A DNA stretch of 64,000 nt from Chrysomallon squamiferum (lineage: Eukaryota > Animalia > Mollusca). A model generated the notes under the pieces. It did not search any database. It saw only the letters and a list, made by a program, of their open reading frames with translations, and was not told the origin of the DNA. The translations under genes were made by a program, and so were the position numbers. This document shows, piece after piece, positions 27,694 through 40,140 of this stretch. Every line of letters begins with the position of its first letter. Position 1 is the stretch's first letter. The stretch is taken from positions 19,406,001 to 19,470,000 of the forward strand of contig CM022677.1 of NCBI GenBank assembly GCA_012295275.1, written 5' to 3'.

Positions 27694-27857
27694 CTGTTTG
27701 AGAAAATTAAAATTTTAAAATTTATTTTGAAATTTCTTTTATAGAGTTATAAAGGGAATGGCTGAGAAGAAAAATTCTCAGAAAAACAGATAGAGGCAGA
27801 AAGTTAGAAAAAAAAGGGATGTGTGAGTGTGTGAGTGTGTGTGTTTTGTGTGCTCAC

Positions 27858-27905
<48 letters not shown>

Positions 27906-27998
27906 ATAAATAGCAAAAAACAAAAACAACAACAATAATAATGATAGCTGTAACAGTAATAGCAATACCAACAAAAATAGTAATATCTCTCTCTCTCT

Positions 27999-28168
27999 AA
28001 AAGTAAAATAATAATTTTAAACCTCGTCACTAGAATACTCTCTCTCTGTCTCTCTCTCTTTCTCTCTCTCTCTTTTTCTCTGTCTCTCTTTTTCTCTGTC
28101 TCTCTTTCTCTCTCTTTTTCTCTCTCTCTCTCTAAAAGTAAAATAATAATTTTAAACCTCGTCACTAG

Positions 28169-28231
<63 letters not shown>

Positions 28232-28295
28232 GAATACTCTCTCTCTCTCTCTCTTAAAGTAAAATAATAATTTTAAACCTCGTCACTAGAATACT
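27999..28295 (-). repeat. triplicated exon-end and donor of LRR exon 9, separated by (GA)n tracts
   Basis: AGTATTCTAGTGACGAG|GTTTAAAATTATTATTTTACTTT occurs at the real junction (~28256-28295) and at ~28134-28175 and ~27999-28040. Confidence 0.93.
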
Positions 28296-28379
28296 GCTCC
28301 TCTCCTAACTCTTTCAGAAGATTTCTCTCTCGGTTTTTAAACTGGAACAGAGCCTGGCACCTCCGCCATCTTGGGTAAT
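28279..28379 (-). CDS. LRR gene, coding exon 9
   Basis: tttag acceptor, GAG|GTTTAA donor; (D)YPRWRRCQALFQFKNRERNLLKELGEEQYSSDE; phases match both neighbouring exons. Confidence 0.85.
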
Positions 28380-28891
28380 CTAAATTTAGAAACATTTAAA
28401 GAGACACTGAGGTAATTTTTTTTTTTGTTTTTTTTTTTTTTAGGATTTTATTTTATAAGTCATAATAACACATAATTAAAAAAAAGAAAAGATCATTCAG
28501 TTTAAGAAAAAACATTGTTAAACATATTTTTAATGTTACTACAACCAAAATAAATAAAGAAATAAAATATACACTAATTTATGAGTAATTATCCCAGTCA
28601 AACAGTAATTAATTTATTATTTATTATTTATTATTTAATGAAAATAATTTTGAGTTTTTTATGAGCTCTTTGAAAGAATTTTACTGGCAAAAAAAACTTT
28701 ATTGGGTGAGAGTGTAAGTTTATTATGGAAAAATTATATTTAGGATTTAAAATAATTTAAAAAATATAAAAAATAATGTTAATCGCCCTTTATTCTGAAA
28801 TATAAAGAAAGTAAAATGAATTTGAAATTGATACCTATATGCAGAGGGGGAGGGGGAGGGAGAGAGGGAGAGAGAGAGAGAGAGAGGAAAA

Positions 28892-28931
<40 letters not shown>

Positions 28932-29193
28932 GAGAGAATGTGCTCTATATAATATATTCAATTACATAATTAAAAACAAATTGTGATAATGATAATATTG
29001 TAACAATATCCTAATTGATAATGATGATATAATAACAAGAAATTGAAGAATAACGAAAACAATAATAAGAAAATAATAATAATAGTAACAATGCAATAGT
29101 AATAATATTAATAATTAATTTACTTTTCGCTCTACGTAACCAGATTGAAGAATGTTACATGTTGACACATTAGTGTGTTAGTAAATGAATCAC

Positions 29194-29307
29194 CTGAAAT
29201 GATTGGGGTGAAGGCTTCGGAGGTGAGGTGTTTTAGACCCGAGAGTTTGGCTTCTTCTAGCAGTGGACAGCATCGAAATAATGACACCACGCTGTCATTT
29301 GTCAGAG
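29194..29307 (-). CDS. LRR gene, coding exon 8
   Basis: (A)LTNDSVVSLFRCCPLLEEAKLSGLKHLTSEAFTPIIS; phase 1 at both ends; CAG|GTGATT donor. Confidence 0.9.
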
Positions 29308-29379
29308 CTGTTGTAGTAGTAGTAATAATAGTAATAACAATAACAATAACAGTAATAGTAATAACAGATAATAACAACA

Positions 29380-29438
<59 letters not shown>

Positions 29439-29860
29439 GATAACAATAATAACAATAATAATAATAATAATAAAAGTAATTACAATAATAATAACAGTAA
29501 TAACAATAATAGTAATAATAACAGCTAATAATAACAATAATAATAACAGTAATAATAACAGTAATAATAATAATGGTAATGATAATAATTATAATAAGTG
29601 AAAAAATAAAAATAATAATAATGATGAATAAAACAAGAATAATAACAATAAAAATAAAACAGTTTTATGAAAACACTTTTAACAAGTGTATTAAAAAGTA
29701 AAAAGTAAAAAAAAAAAAAATACAGAAAAATATAAGATCAATTAATTCTAATTTCTATTTTTAAACACACAAAACCAATTCATAATCGGAATTCAAAAAT
29801 ATCAACCACAATTACATATAAACTAAAAAATATTTACAAAATATTAAACAACATATTCAC

Positions 29861-30122
29861 CAAAATTCCAACTGATATCAATGACCTTCAGCAAAGGGAG
29901 ACAACTAACGAGATTCATTACGGCACCGTCTGTGATGTCCTTGACCCCTGAAAGTTCAAGGTTCTCCAGCAGACGGCAGTTTTCAGCTAGCAGTTCGAGG
30001 GTCTCATCAGTCGCAGGGCAGTGACGGAAGTTCAAGACGCGAAGAGACGAACAGGAAGCTGCTACACAGTTGACCCCATCTTCTGTTATTTCTTCACACC
30101 ACGAAAAATCGAGATCCACAAT
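29861..30122 (-). CDS. LRR gene, coding exon 7 (cysteine-containing LRRs)
   Basis: IVDLDFSWCEEITEDGVNCVAASCSSLRVLNFRHCPATDETLELLAENCRLLENLELSGVKDITDGAVMNLVSCLPLLKVIDISWNF; canonical AG/GT. Confidence 0.93.
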
Positions 30123-30296
30123 CTGAATAACAATACATCATTTTTGTTTTAGAGTGTGAAGCGTACCTCAGTGATTTTTGTGACTGCTGATGTTTTTACT
30201 GCTACTACTACTACTACTACTACACCATGTAAAACAGGTCGACAATCTGTATAAACATAAATTATTTCTGTTGATGTGATTATTACTACTACTACA

Positions 30297-30386
<90 letters not shown>

Positions 30387-30503
30387 TTACTAGACCATGT
30401 AAAACTGAGATCCACAATCTGTATAAACATAAATTATATCTGTTGATGTTTTTACTACTACTACAACTACTTCTACTACTTACTACTACTACTACAACTA
30501 CTT

Positions 30504-30534
<31 letters not shown>

Positions 30535-30595
30535 ACCATGTAAAATTGAGGTCCACTATCTGTATAACCATAAATTATTTCTGTTGATGTGATTA
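30122..30595 (-). repeat. three decayed copies of the LRR exon 7 acceptor and exon start, each followed by (AGT)n
   Basis: TATACAG|ATTGTGGATCTCAGTTTTACATGG-like units at ~30246, 30418 and 30559, versus the real TATTCAG|ATTGTGGATCTCGATTTTTCGTGG at 30122. Confidence 0.85.
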
Positions 30596-30807
30596 TTACT
30601 ACTACTACTACTACTACCACTACTACTATTACAGCTACTGCTACTACAACTGCTGCTACTACTGCTACTACTGCTGCTATTACTGCTACTGCTACTACTG
30701 CTACTACTACTACTACTACTGCTACTACTACTACTACAACTGCTACTACTACTACTGCTACTACTACTACTACTGCTACTACTACTACTACAACTGCTAC
30801 TACTAAC

Positions 30808-30938
30808 CCTGGAGCTGACCGAGGTTTGTATAAGAGACAAAGTTTTGTCAGTGATGTGAGATTCTGACAGAGAGAGTGAACGCAGACATCCATTTTGTAG
30901 GAATGGAACTGGGATGTCATCTTCAAAGAAACACACAC
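30808..30938 (-). CDS. LRR gene, coding exon 6
   Basis: (G)VCFFEDDIPVPFLQNGCLRSLSLSESHITDKTLSLIQTSVSSR; tttatag acceptor, AGG|GTTAGT donor. Confidence 0.9.
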
Positions 30939-31435
30939 CTATAAAGAAAAGCATAGCTGTTTAAATAGATACAACACACACACACATACCTGTTTAAATA
31001 GATGCAACACACACACTAAACTTCAAAAAACCATTCTACTTATTTCTCTGTCTTTTTCACACACACACAAAATGTAAAAAAATACATCTATTTAAATAGA
31101 TGTAACATACACACACACACACACACTCACACACAAAAACACCTAAACATAATACATCTCTTTAAATAAATGTAACATACACCCACACCCACCCACCTAA
31201 ACAATACATCTGTTTAAAGAGGTAACATATACACAGACACACACACAAACACACAGACACTTGTATAAATAAACACACAAATACATTACTTAAAAATAAT
31301 GCATTTGTTTAAATAGTTGTAACATACACATGCACAAACCAAAAAAATAATACAACAGTTTAAATAAATGTAATATGCACCCCTGGGACAAACAGACAGA
31401 CAGACAGAGAGACACACAAGTATCTAAGTATATCC

Positions 31436-31513
<78 letters not shown>

Positions 31514-31743
31514 GTGTGTGTATGTCTGTGTTTATGTTCATACATATATGCAAGCACAAAATCATTTACTGAAAATGCAGCAATAACTTAAAGGTTCATG
31601 TATTTCTGTCTGTCTGTCTGTCTGTCTCCCTTCCATCCATCTATATCAATCTATAAAACAACTGACTCTCACGCAAGTAATAATTAAGTTAATATAAAAA
31701 CAATACAAACTAAGAATACAAATAATTAAAACAGCATAGACAC

Positions 31744-34038
31744 CTTTGAGATCCAGCTTTTCTATCTTTTGACAGTGGAAACCCAAAATATTGAGCAGCT
31801 TATCAGAAACATTGTTACAATCGACCAGACTCAAGTTTCTCAAATTGTGGAGGTGCTTCAGATGTAACAAAGCGCCTGATTGGTCAGGTTCTTCCACATC
31901 AGTTCGAGCCTCAGCAGGTTGGAATTCTGGGTAAAGAATCGCTCGAGGCAAACTCTGTCCAAGGCTGTGTCTGTGATGTTAATGTGACAGGCCGAAAACG
32001 AAGTTATATTTGACGAAAACATTTTCTTCAATCTCGGTTTTGCAAGTCTCGGTTTGAAAGATTTATCTCCCTTTGATAACAGGCGTCCTGTCTGTTTTCC
32101 GACAGATTCGCAGTTTGGAATGTTACCAGAAGGTGTGCTCTTTGGTACTGCATCATGGGATGCCATGTTTGTCTCTTCCTTGTTTTCTTTCAAATTCAGA
32201 CTATCGAAATCCGTCGAGTTTCCCTTTTCTTTTCCGGTTTCGAAATCGGGTTTAAGCATTTCGCCTCTTTCGGGTTTCTCATTTGCATCATCACGACTAT
32301 GACACATTTCACTACTTTGTGAAGGAATGTCATCCAGCACTGCATCATGGGAAGTGTTTATTGTTTCTTCATTTTCCTCTCTTTTCTTCTGAATCAAAAC
32401 ATCTGAAATTTTGTCACTTCCGGGAGTTTTTACTTCCAACACAGAATCCTGCGACACATTGATTCTTTCATCTTCTTCATTTTTCTTCGAATTCAAAGTC
32501 CCAGACGTTTCTCTGTTTTTAAAAACACTCAATTCTGACACTCCATCATGGGAAATAGCTAAATTTTCTTTTGTTTTATTTCTTTCCGTTTCCAGATTTT
32601 CGAAATCTCCAGAATCTGGAATTTTTCGCAAAGATACGTGGAAAGGTTCTATGGACATATCTTCATTAAAAGCAAAAATATTATTGGCCAACACCATGAG
32701 ATCGTGATGTAAAGCACTTTGTGGTTGGTTAATATCGGCAGCTTGTAAGAGGTCGTCTGATTGGGTAATATCAGACTCTTTTAACACTTCACCCGATTGG
32801 TCAGTATCTGAAGATTGAAACGCAGCTTCTGATTGGGTAACACCAGTCTGCAGAGCCTCTTTATCACAGGAATTAGTTTTACATTTCTGTAACAACACAT
32901 CTGATTGGCTAACATCTCCTTCATCTAAGACAGCATCTGATTGGCCAGTGCAGGAAAATGGGACATGAACTGGCAGTAACGATTGGTCATTTGACCTCCT
33001 GTCACTTGATATCATTAAATTAGCACGGTCATTTTGAAAGACATTCTCTGATTGGTCAATGTGTGAAACAGCCTTATGAGACACTGCCTGCGATTGGTTA
33101 AGCAGTTTCTGTTCAACAGTTGCTACTGGCAACAGATCGGTATTTGTGTTTTCTTCTGTTTCTTTGATGTCTAATTTTATCTCCTGCGGGCTGACTAGAT
33201 CAGAAACCTGACACTGGCTTCTGCTCGAAACAGCAGTATCGCCATCTGGTGTTGGAAAAACTAAATCAGGGCACTTGTCAATAACAGGCTTTTGTCCACA
33301 ATTATCAGGGGCCTGATTCAAAGATTTTGAATCATATGTACACTGATTATCCAAATTACCAAAACAGTTATGTTGTTTATCGTTACTTCTTTCTTCTTGT
33401 TTCACTAAACTGTTTTTAATATCTTCACTAATACTGAAAGGAAAGGCATCTTTGGGTGTGGTAGTGAGATCATTTACATTTTCAGATTCTGTTTCTGTAT
33501 TCCTGCTTCTGATTGGATGAAAAGCAACGTCTGCTGAATCAAAGGCACACTCTGATTGGTCAGCATCTTCATCTCTGAGCAACAGTGAACAATTACAGTG
33601 ATCTTCTTGTCCTTCTTGACGTCTGCTTAACGAAGATTCTGATTGGTCGACTCCTGATACATTGTCTTCTCTCGGCAACGATGATTGGTTTCCTGAAACT
33701 TCACGTTCTTTCTCACTCATTTCTAACACGGGCACTGATTGGTCGAAATCTGGTTTATCTTTATGTGAAAGCAAATCGGATTGGCTGTCTTCACCGTCTT
33801 GACCAATCGAATCGTCTCTCTCAAAATCTCTTTGGCCTTTGAACTCTGGTAAACATTCGCGAACCAACGACTGACTAGAATTTGAAAATTTCTCGAACTT
33901 CTCGTTAATTTCTTTCAACTTCTGCTCTATCTGTGCCAGCGACGTTGGCGACGTTTTCTTCTTCTCTCTTCTTGACCACATCCGCATCGCTGCTGGGTAG
34001 CTGTACCCAGACAAGTACCACATCGCCAACGGATCCAT
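31744..34038 (-). CDS. LRR gene, giant coding exon 5 (acidic disordered insert plus LRRs), frameshift at ~31860
   Basis: The 726-aa ORF starts at the acceptor (gatag|ATGGAT). LRRs NLLRLELMWKNLTNQALCYI continue in another frame as KHLHNLRNLSLVDCNNVSDKLLNILGFHCQKIEKLDLK(G); donor at 31743. The exon is 2295 nt where the flanking phases require 3n+1. Confidence 0.88.
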
Positions 34039-34883
34039 CTATCAAATAAATAAATAAATAAATAAACAAAGAAACAAATAAATAAACAAATAAATAAATA
34101 AACAAATAAACAAACAAACAAACAAAGAAATAAACAAACAAAAAAACAAACAAACAAACAAATAAATAAATAACTAACTAACTAAAAGCAATAATAAATA
34201 ATTAAATAAATAAACAAATATTTAAATCAATAAAGCAATAAAGAAATAAAATAAAGAAAGAAATAAACAAACAAACAAACAAAAGCAATAAAAATAAATA
34301 AATAAATAAAATATAATAAAAAGTAATATAAAGTACTGTAATACAGTACAATGAAAACAAAGAAGAAATGAACAAAACAGAATGAAATACAATAAATAAA
34401 TAAATAAAAAAAATAAATAAATAAATTTAAGGTTATGTATTTCATATTTAATAAATGGATATATCAATTGGACTTATTATCAAGATTAAATTCTGTATAT
34501 CAGTTTTGTTTATTTATTATTTAATAATTTATTTATTTTCTTAAATATGCTTTGCAATTAAAAAAAAAAGAAAAGCAAAAAATAAAAAATAAATCCTTCA
34601 AACAATGAAGCAAAACATAAATAAATAAACAAACAAATAAATAAAATAATAAAAAAATAAATAAATAAATAAAATAATAAATAAAAAAATAAAAAAATAA
34701 ATAACTAAATAACTAAATAAATAAATAAATAACAAAATAACAAAATAAACAAGTAATAACAAAAAACAAATAAATAAATAAATAAATTAAAAAAATAAAA
34801 AAAACTTAAAAAAAAAAAAATATATGAAAGAAAAGAATCAAAGAAAAACCATCGAGCTGGTAGCTGGGTTTGAACTCTCTTAC

Positions 34884-35048
34884 TTTGGAACAGGAAATGT
34901 CGACATCTCTCAGAGTTGGTCCACACAGCGTAGCAAGGTGACGGACACATGTACTGGTCAGACAACAACCTGAGATGTCAACACTTACAAGGTGACACAC
35001 AAACTTTGTCGTAATGACGTCATCACTTTCAGACTCGAAAGTGGGTTT
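34884..35048 (-). CDS. LRR gene, coding exon 4
   Basis: KPTFESESDDVITTKFVCHLVSVDISGCCLTSTCVRHLATLCGPTLRDVDISCSK; ttccag acceptor, GTAAGA donor; 165 nt, phase 0. Confidence 0.9.
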
Positions 35049-35677
35049 CTGGAATTACACAAAATATAAAATAAATAAATAAATAAATAAATAAATATAC
35101 AGATAAATAAATATATAGATAAATAAATAAATAAATAAATAATAAATATATAGATAAAAAAATAAATAAGTAAATAAATAAATATAAATAAATAAATAAA
35201 TAAGTATATAGATAAATAATTAGTAAATAAATAAATATACAGATAAATAAATAAATAAATATAAATAAATAAATAAATAAATAAATATAATCAATATATA
35301 GATAAATAAATAAATAAATACACAGATAAATAAATAAATAGATAAATTAATAAATATACAGACAAATATGTAAATAAATCAATAAATAAATATAGAAATA
35401 AATAAATAAATATTTACTTAATACTACTACCACTACTACTACTAATAATAATGGTAGTAATAATTTTATTAATTTTCATAAAATAATATTTATTTACAAT
35501 TATTACTATGACTAATTCTACTACTACTGTACCAACTACCACTAAACAGCAATGTTACTACTATTATCGTTGCCATGACTACAACTATCTTTTCAGCAAC
35601 ACAAAACCATGGAGATATAAGTGATACCAAAAAATGATGCTTAAAACATCAGGAATGTGAATATCCCCATAACTCAG

Positions 35678-35710
<33 letters not shown>

Positions 35711-35882
35711 CTGTGTGGATGTCTGTATACAGCAAAATGAGAATGAACTTAAGTGTTTTTTAAATCTCTGTTGTTTAATTCCTGATCAAGTGTATTAGAT
35801 CAAAATGTCAGAGATACACACATCAAAACCAGCTAACAGCAGAAAAAAATAAATAAAATAAGCTTCAACTACTACAACACAC

Positions 35883-36002
35883 CATGCTTGACAGCTCCAA
35901 AGACGACTGGCGACGTTTGTCAACGAGGAAGACGCTGTCGGTGATATTTCGACAACAACTTAGTTTTAACTGTTTCAGGTTGGGAAACTTCCTCAGCAGA
36001 CA
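35883..36002 (-). CDS. LRR gene, coding exon 3
   Basis: CLLRKFPNLKQLKLSCCRNITDSVFLVDKRRQSSLELSSM; poly-T + GCAG acceptor; 120 nt. Confidence 0.88.
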
Positions 36003-36704
36003 CTGCAAAAAAAAAAAAAAAAAAAAAATTATAAAATAAAAATAAATGTTCAAAAGTAACTAATTTAAAGATTTTTTTATAATGCTATAGTTTGTGTACA
36101 TGTTTATATTATTATATTCAACATATTCACTGTTTTAAATGTTCAGTGTAAATCTGAGTCAATTTTTGTTTTTTCACACATTCAGTTAAACAAAGTTTGA
36201 TTCTAATGACTAAAAATATACCAGACGTTTTTTTTTTCTTTCATATCCAGCCAAAATAATTAAGGTTCATTTGTTTTTATTTTAAAAATATCACGTAACT
36301 ATAAAAAAAAAAAACTAAATAAATAAAAAATAAATACAAAAAAAAAAAAAAAATAAAAAGTTAAGGACCATTTTTTGTTACACATATACCTGAATACAAA
36401 AAAAGATAATCAGTAAATAATTCTACTTATCAACAAAAGCAATTTAAAAAAAAAATAAAAATTAAAAATTAAAAATTTAGAAATTTAAAAAAATGCCTTT
36501 GTTTTATAATGTTATTCGCAAATTTTATTAAATTATTATCACACTCAACCCTGTGTTTAACACACCTTAAAAAATTTATTTTAAAACTGTGCACACTTAT
36601 TTCTTTACACACAAACCAAACCAGAGTGAATTTTATACCAGTCCTATTTCTCAAGATACAACACAATCACTGACACTTTTTTTATTGCTAAGTAGAATTA
36701 CTTA

Positions 36705-37500
36705 CCGTATATACTTGTGTATAAGTCGAATTTTTGGGAGACTATATTAAGGTAATATTTTGGGGGTCGACTTATACATAGGTAATGCTTTTGTATAGCT
36801 GTTGCTGAAGAGTCGCCATTTTGACTATTTTTTGCTACGGGATGCATCTAAAATAATCGCGGTCTTTCAGCTTTTCAAAAATATAATTTTATCGTATAAA
36901 AATTTTTGAAAAATTAAATAACAAAACCAAATATGAATGTAAAACATGATATTCTTCCGTTTAGTGACATAAAAATACATTTTAAAGCGAGAAAACCGTC
37001 AGTACGGCGTTATGCCTTACTGCGTCTTGCAATGATCTAGGAATGCAGACTTCTCTGTCAAATTGCACTAAATATCGGTCCTAATTTCATAAACAAAACT
37101 CACTTGTGTAATTGTAAAGAATTTGGTGAAATAATATTGCAATTGTCATTAATATCCACTACCGACAAATCGACTAATATATAACGGTAAGTTAGGTCTC
37201 CATGTTAGACCTATTACATTAAAGAGATACTATTTATGATACATTTAGGCTATAGCTCGTGTAATACATGCATTTACGTTATTATGGTATGTTCGTGCAA
37301 GTTACAGCTCGTGCAAGTTATATTACAGTAGGCGTACAATGTAGGCCTTCATGGCACTGTCACACTGGTCTAAAAATAGTGACGGTGCCTGGAATCTACA
37401 GTCGACTTATACACAAGTAATACCTAAAATGACGCAATTTTTGGTCTTAAAATACAGATCGACTTATACACAAGGTCGCCTTGTACACAAGTATATACAG
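36705..37500. mobile_element. non-autonomous Tc1/mariner-pogo (Tc2-like) MITE
   Basis: TA-flanked terminal inverted repeats CCGTATATACTTGTGTATAAGTCGA ... TCGCCTTGTACACAAGTATATACAG, with internal GTCGACTTATACAC repeats; lies in LRR intron 2. Confidence 0.85.
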
Positions 37501-37822
37501 TACTAATTATCTTGTCATATTTAGATTCACGCAGTGGCAGAATGAAGTGGGGTCCATGAAACTCGAACAGTTATATGGATGGGGGCCATTTACGTAACCA
37601 TGGTTACTTCTTCAGTGGTCTTCTTCCATGACGGATTTTTTTTTTTTTTTAGACAACTCTCTAATTTTGATTAAACATTTAACACATCGAACATATATTT
37701 AACATTCTTTTAACTTGACTGTTAATTCTAATAAATCACTTATACATTCAAATCACCCACCTGTGCATTTTAGTTAGCTACCTAATTCACTGTTTAGCGC
37801 AACGACGGTTTCAAAAACGTAC

Positions 37823-37970
37823 CTGAACAACATCGTCCATGACAGCGTCACACTGGTCCATGACGACTGACGTCAGCGACACGTGGGACAGCGTTGACAG
37901 TGACTCAAATAGTGACACTGTCACCAGGTGATCGCAGTGCGACAGGTCAAGCACTTGAAGGTGAACGCAC
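37823..37970 (-). CDS. LRR gene, coding exon 2
   Basis: CVHLQVLDLSHCDHLVTVSLFESLSTLSHVSLTSVVMDQCDAVMDDVVQ; tttcag acceptor, CAG|GTACGT donor. Confidence 0.9.
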
Positions 37971-38209
37971 CTGAAACAGAAGAAAGAAAGACTAGTTTAT
38001 AAAACACCTGTAAAAAAATGAAAAATTAAGGATATTTTGTATTTTGTTCACACCTGAAATAATTCAGGAATTATTTTGATTCATTGAAAAATCAAATTAG
38101 AAAAAAAAAAGAAGAAATTTATAAGGGCCATTTCTCTGAATCAATAAAATGTTGAAATAAATCGTGACGGAGGAATTATTTCTTGTTATTTAAAAATATC
38201 ACACAACCA

Positions 38210-38240
<31 letters not shown>

Positions 38241-38421
38241 ATATAAAGTTAAGGAACATTTATGGTTATACATAAATACAAATAGATAATTTTCTGCTTA
38301 TTATCTATAAGTAAATAAATAAATAAAAAATAAAAACTGAAATTATATTTTATTTCAAAACCACTTAAACTTTTATAGACGCCTATTCAAAGGTAAATTA
38401 CTTTTTCCCCACCTCACTTAC

Positions 38422-38711
38422 TTTTTAAAAAGGGCAATAACTCCATCAGTGGTTACATTCACACAGCCATCAAGGTGGAGCTCTTTCAACGAGGGAGGAG
38501 CTAATGCCAGTAAGAGGCTGTCAATCAAATGATCTTTGTAATAATGAGCAATTCTTGTGAGGATCCTTTCTGAAACTGATGCATAATAATCAGCATTAAG
38601 TAGCGCCACCTGGCGAGTGGCAACCGTTTGACTGGAATCGTGGGTAAAGTCGAGAAGGGAGAAAACACTGGCCAATTCGGCTAAATGTTGTAGTGGCAGA
38701 ATTGTAGCCAT
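38422..38711 (-). CDS. LRR gene (FBXL/AMN1-like, ~1313 aa total), first coding exon
   Basis: ATG at 38711 is preceded by an in-frame TAA and an acceptor at 38755, so an upstream non-coding exon is implied; MATILPLQHLAELAS...PPSLKELHLDGCVNVTTDGVIALFK; GTAAGT donor. Confidence 0.87.
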
Positions 38712-39789
38712 TCTTTTGGCTTAGTGAGTTCTGAAGAATTCTCGTGAGAGAAACCTAAAAAAAACAAAATATAAAAAAATAAATAAATAATAAATAAATA
38801 TAACAAATAAATAAATATAACAAATAAATAACAAAAATATTTAAATAAATAAGAAATAAAAATGAAAATATTTAGTAAACAAATAAAATAAAATAAATAA
38901 ATATTTAAATAAAATAAAAATATAAATAAACAAGGAAATAAATAAATAAAAACAAAAGAGAGAATCAAATGAATGAAATAATTACAAAAACCCCACAAAC
39001 AAGTAATATATATATATATATATAATTAAATAAAACAAACAAGTAAATGATTTAATTAAAATAATTATTATTTCCTCTCTCGTTAACTGGGTTATAATTA
39101 TCCATAAAGGCTTCATAATTGTAAATAAAATAATCTGAGTGCATTTTCAAATAAAACATTTCCTATCTACATTTCTGGCTTTGGTTTCAGAAGTAGGATC
39201 AAGTTTTATTAGTGAAGAATGTGTGTTATTATTTTATTATTGGTTCCATTACTCTTGGATTTGTTTTTTTAAAGTAATTCTTATTTAGTTGGGGAAAGAT
39301 GTATAACAGTATATGCTTTACTTCTTACATAAGTAAGTCATGCATGGTGTGAATTATCGTTTTTTTTTTTTTTTTTTTTTTTTGTTTTTTTTTTGTTGTT
39401 TTTTTCATAGCAGACGAACAGCACAAACACACGTGCACTCAAAATTAAAACGAACGTCTGATAACTGGAAATATTATTGAAAGGTCGATATATTTTATGT
39501 GAGGTCATTATTTTATTCGTGACTAAATTTGTCACTGTCATATAGAATAAACAAAAAAACTAATAAATAAATAAATAAAATATAATAATACTGTAAATTG
39601 TAATCGTAAGCAATGTAACCTTCAGTCAAATGACACTTGTTCTTTGAAAGTGGAGAATTCTTCACAATGTCACTTGTTGGTAAACTGGTAAATAATTTCA
39701 CCATTTACATTAATTCCATAAACTAAGCCATGTTATTTCTTTATACGCAGAATATAATTACAAATAAAAATAAATTGACGAAATAATGT

Positions 39790-40140
39790 TTCTACGCGAC
39801 ACTTAAACCGGAAATGTTTATTTCAGGAAACACGCTTCCTGTATTATTTGTTTATTTTCCTCCATCGTTTAGTAGAGATTCGCGTCGGTTCTAAAATAAT
39901 TACATTCATTTTATACAAAAGCTCTTTAATTATCACCACTATTTTCTTTATATTCATTGTGTCAGGTGTCATTAAATCATCTGGTATAATAAACTGAAAT
40001 GATGCAAAAAGTTTTAAAATAATAATATTCAAAAATGAAAAACAGACTGCAACTAAAGGAAGCGGAAGTTTAAAATTCGCGGTTAATAATACATGAGCTA
40101 CCGAACATTTCCAGCGAACCGTTACGTCAAAGAGTTATCG
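39790..40140. promoter_or_regulatory. probable promoter region of the LRR gene
   Basis: Local CpG enrichment, ETS-like CCGGAAAT (39808) and GCGGAAGT (40062), and TTACGTCA; ~1.1 kb upstream of the first coding exon. Confidence 0.45.

Noticed and set aside
28361-28372. YY1-like AAGATGGCGG in LRR exon 9 and CTCF-like GCGCCACCTGGCG at ~38603
   Set aside because: Single matches fully explained by the coding sequence (PRWR; RQVAL); no independent support.
31858-34038. 726-aa ORF as a standalone gene
   Set aside because: Its ATG sits exactly at a splice acceptor, in phase with upstream LRR exons, and the LRRs continue past the frameshift; it is an internal exon.
39513-39704. 63-aa ORF as the first coding exon of the LRR gene
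   Set aside because: An in-frame TAA precedes the ATG at 38711 within its own exon, so upstream exons cannot extend that frame; at most a 5' UTR exon or upstream ORF.
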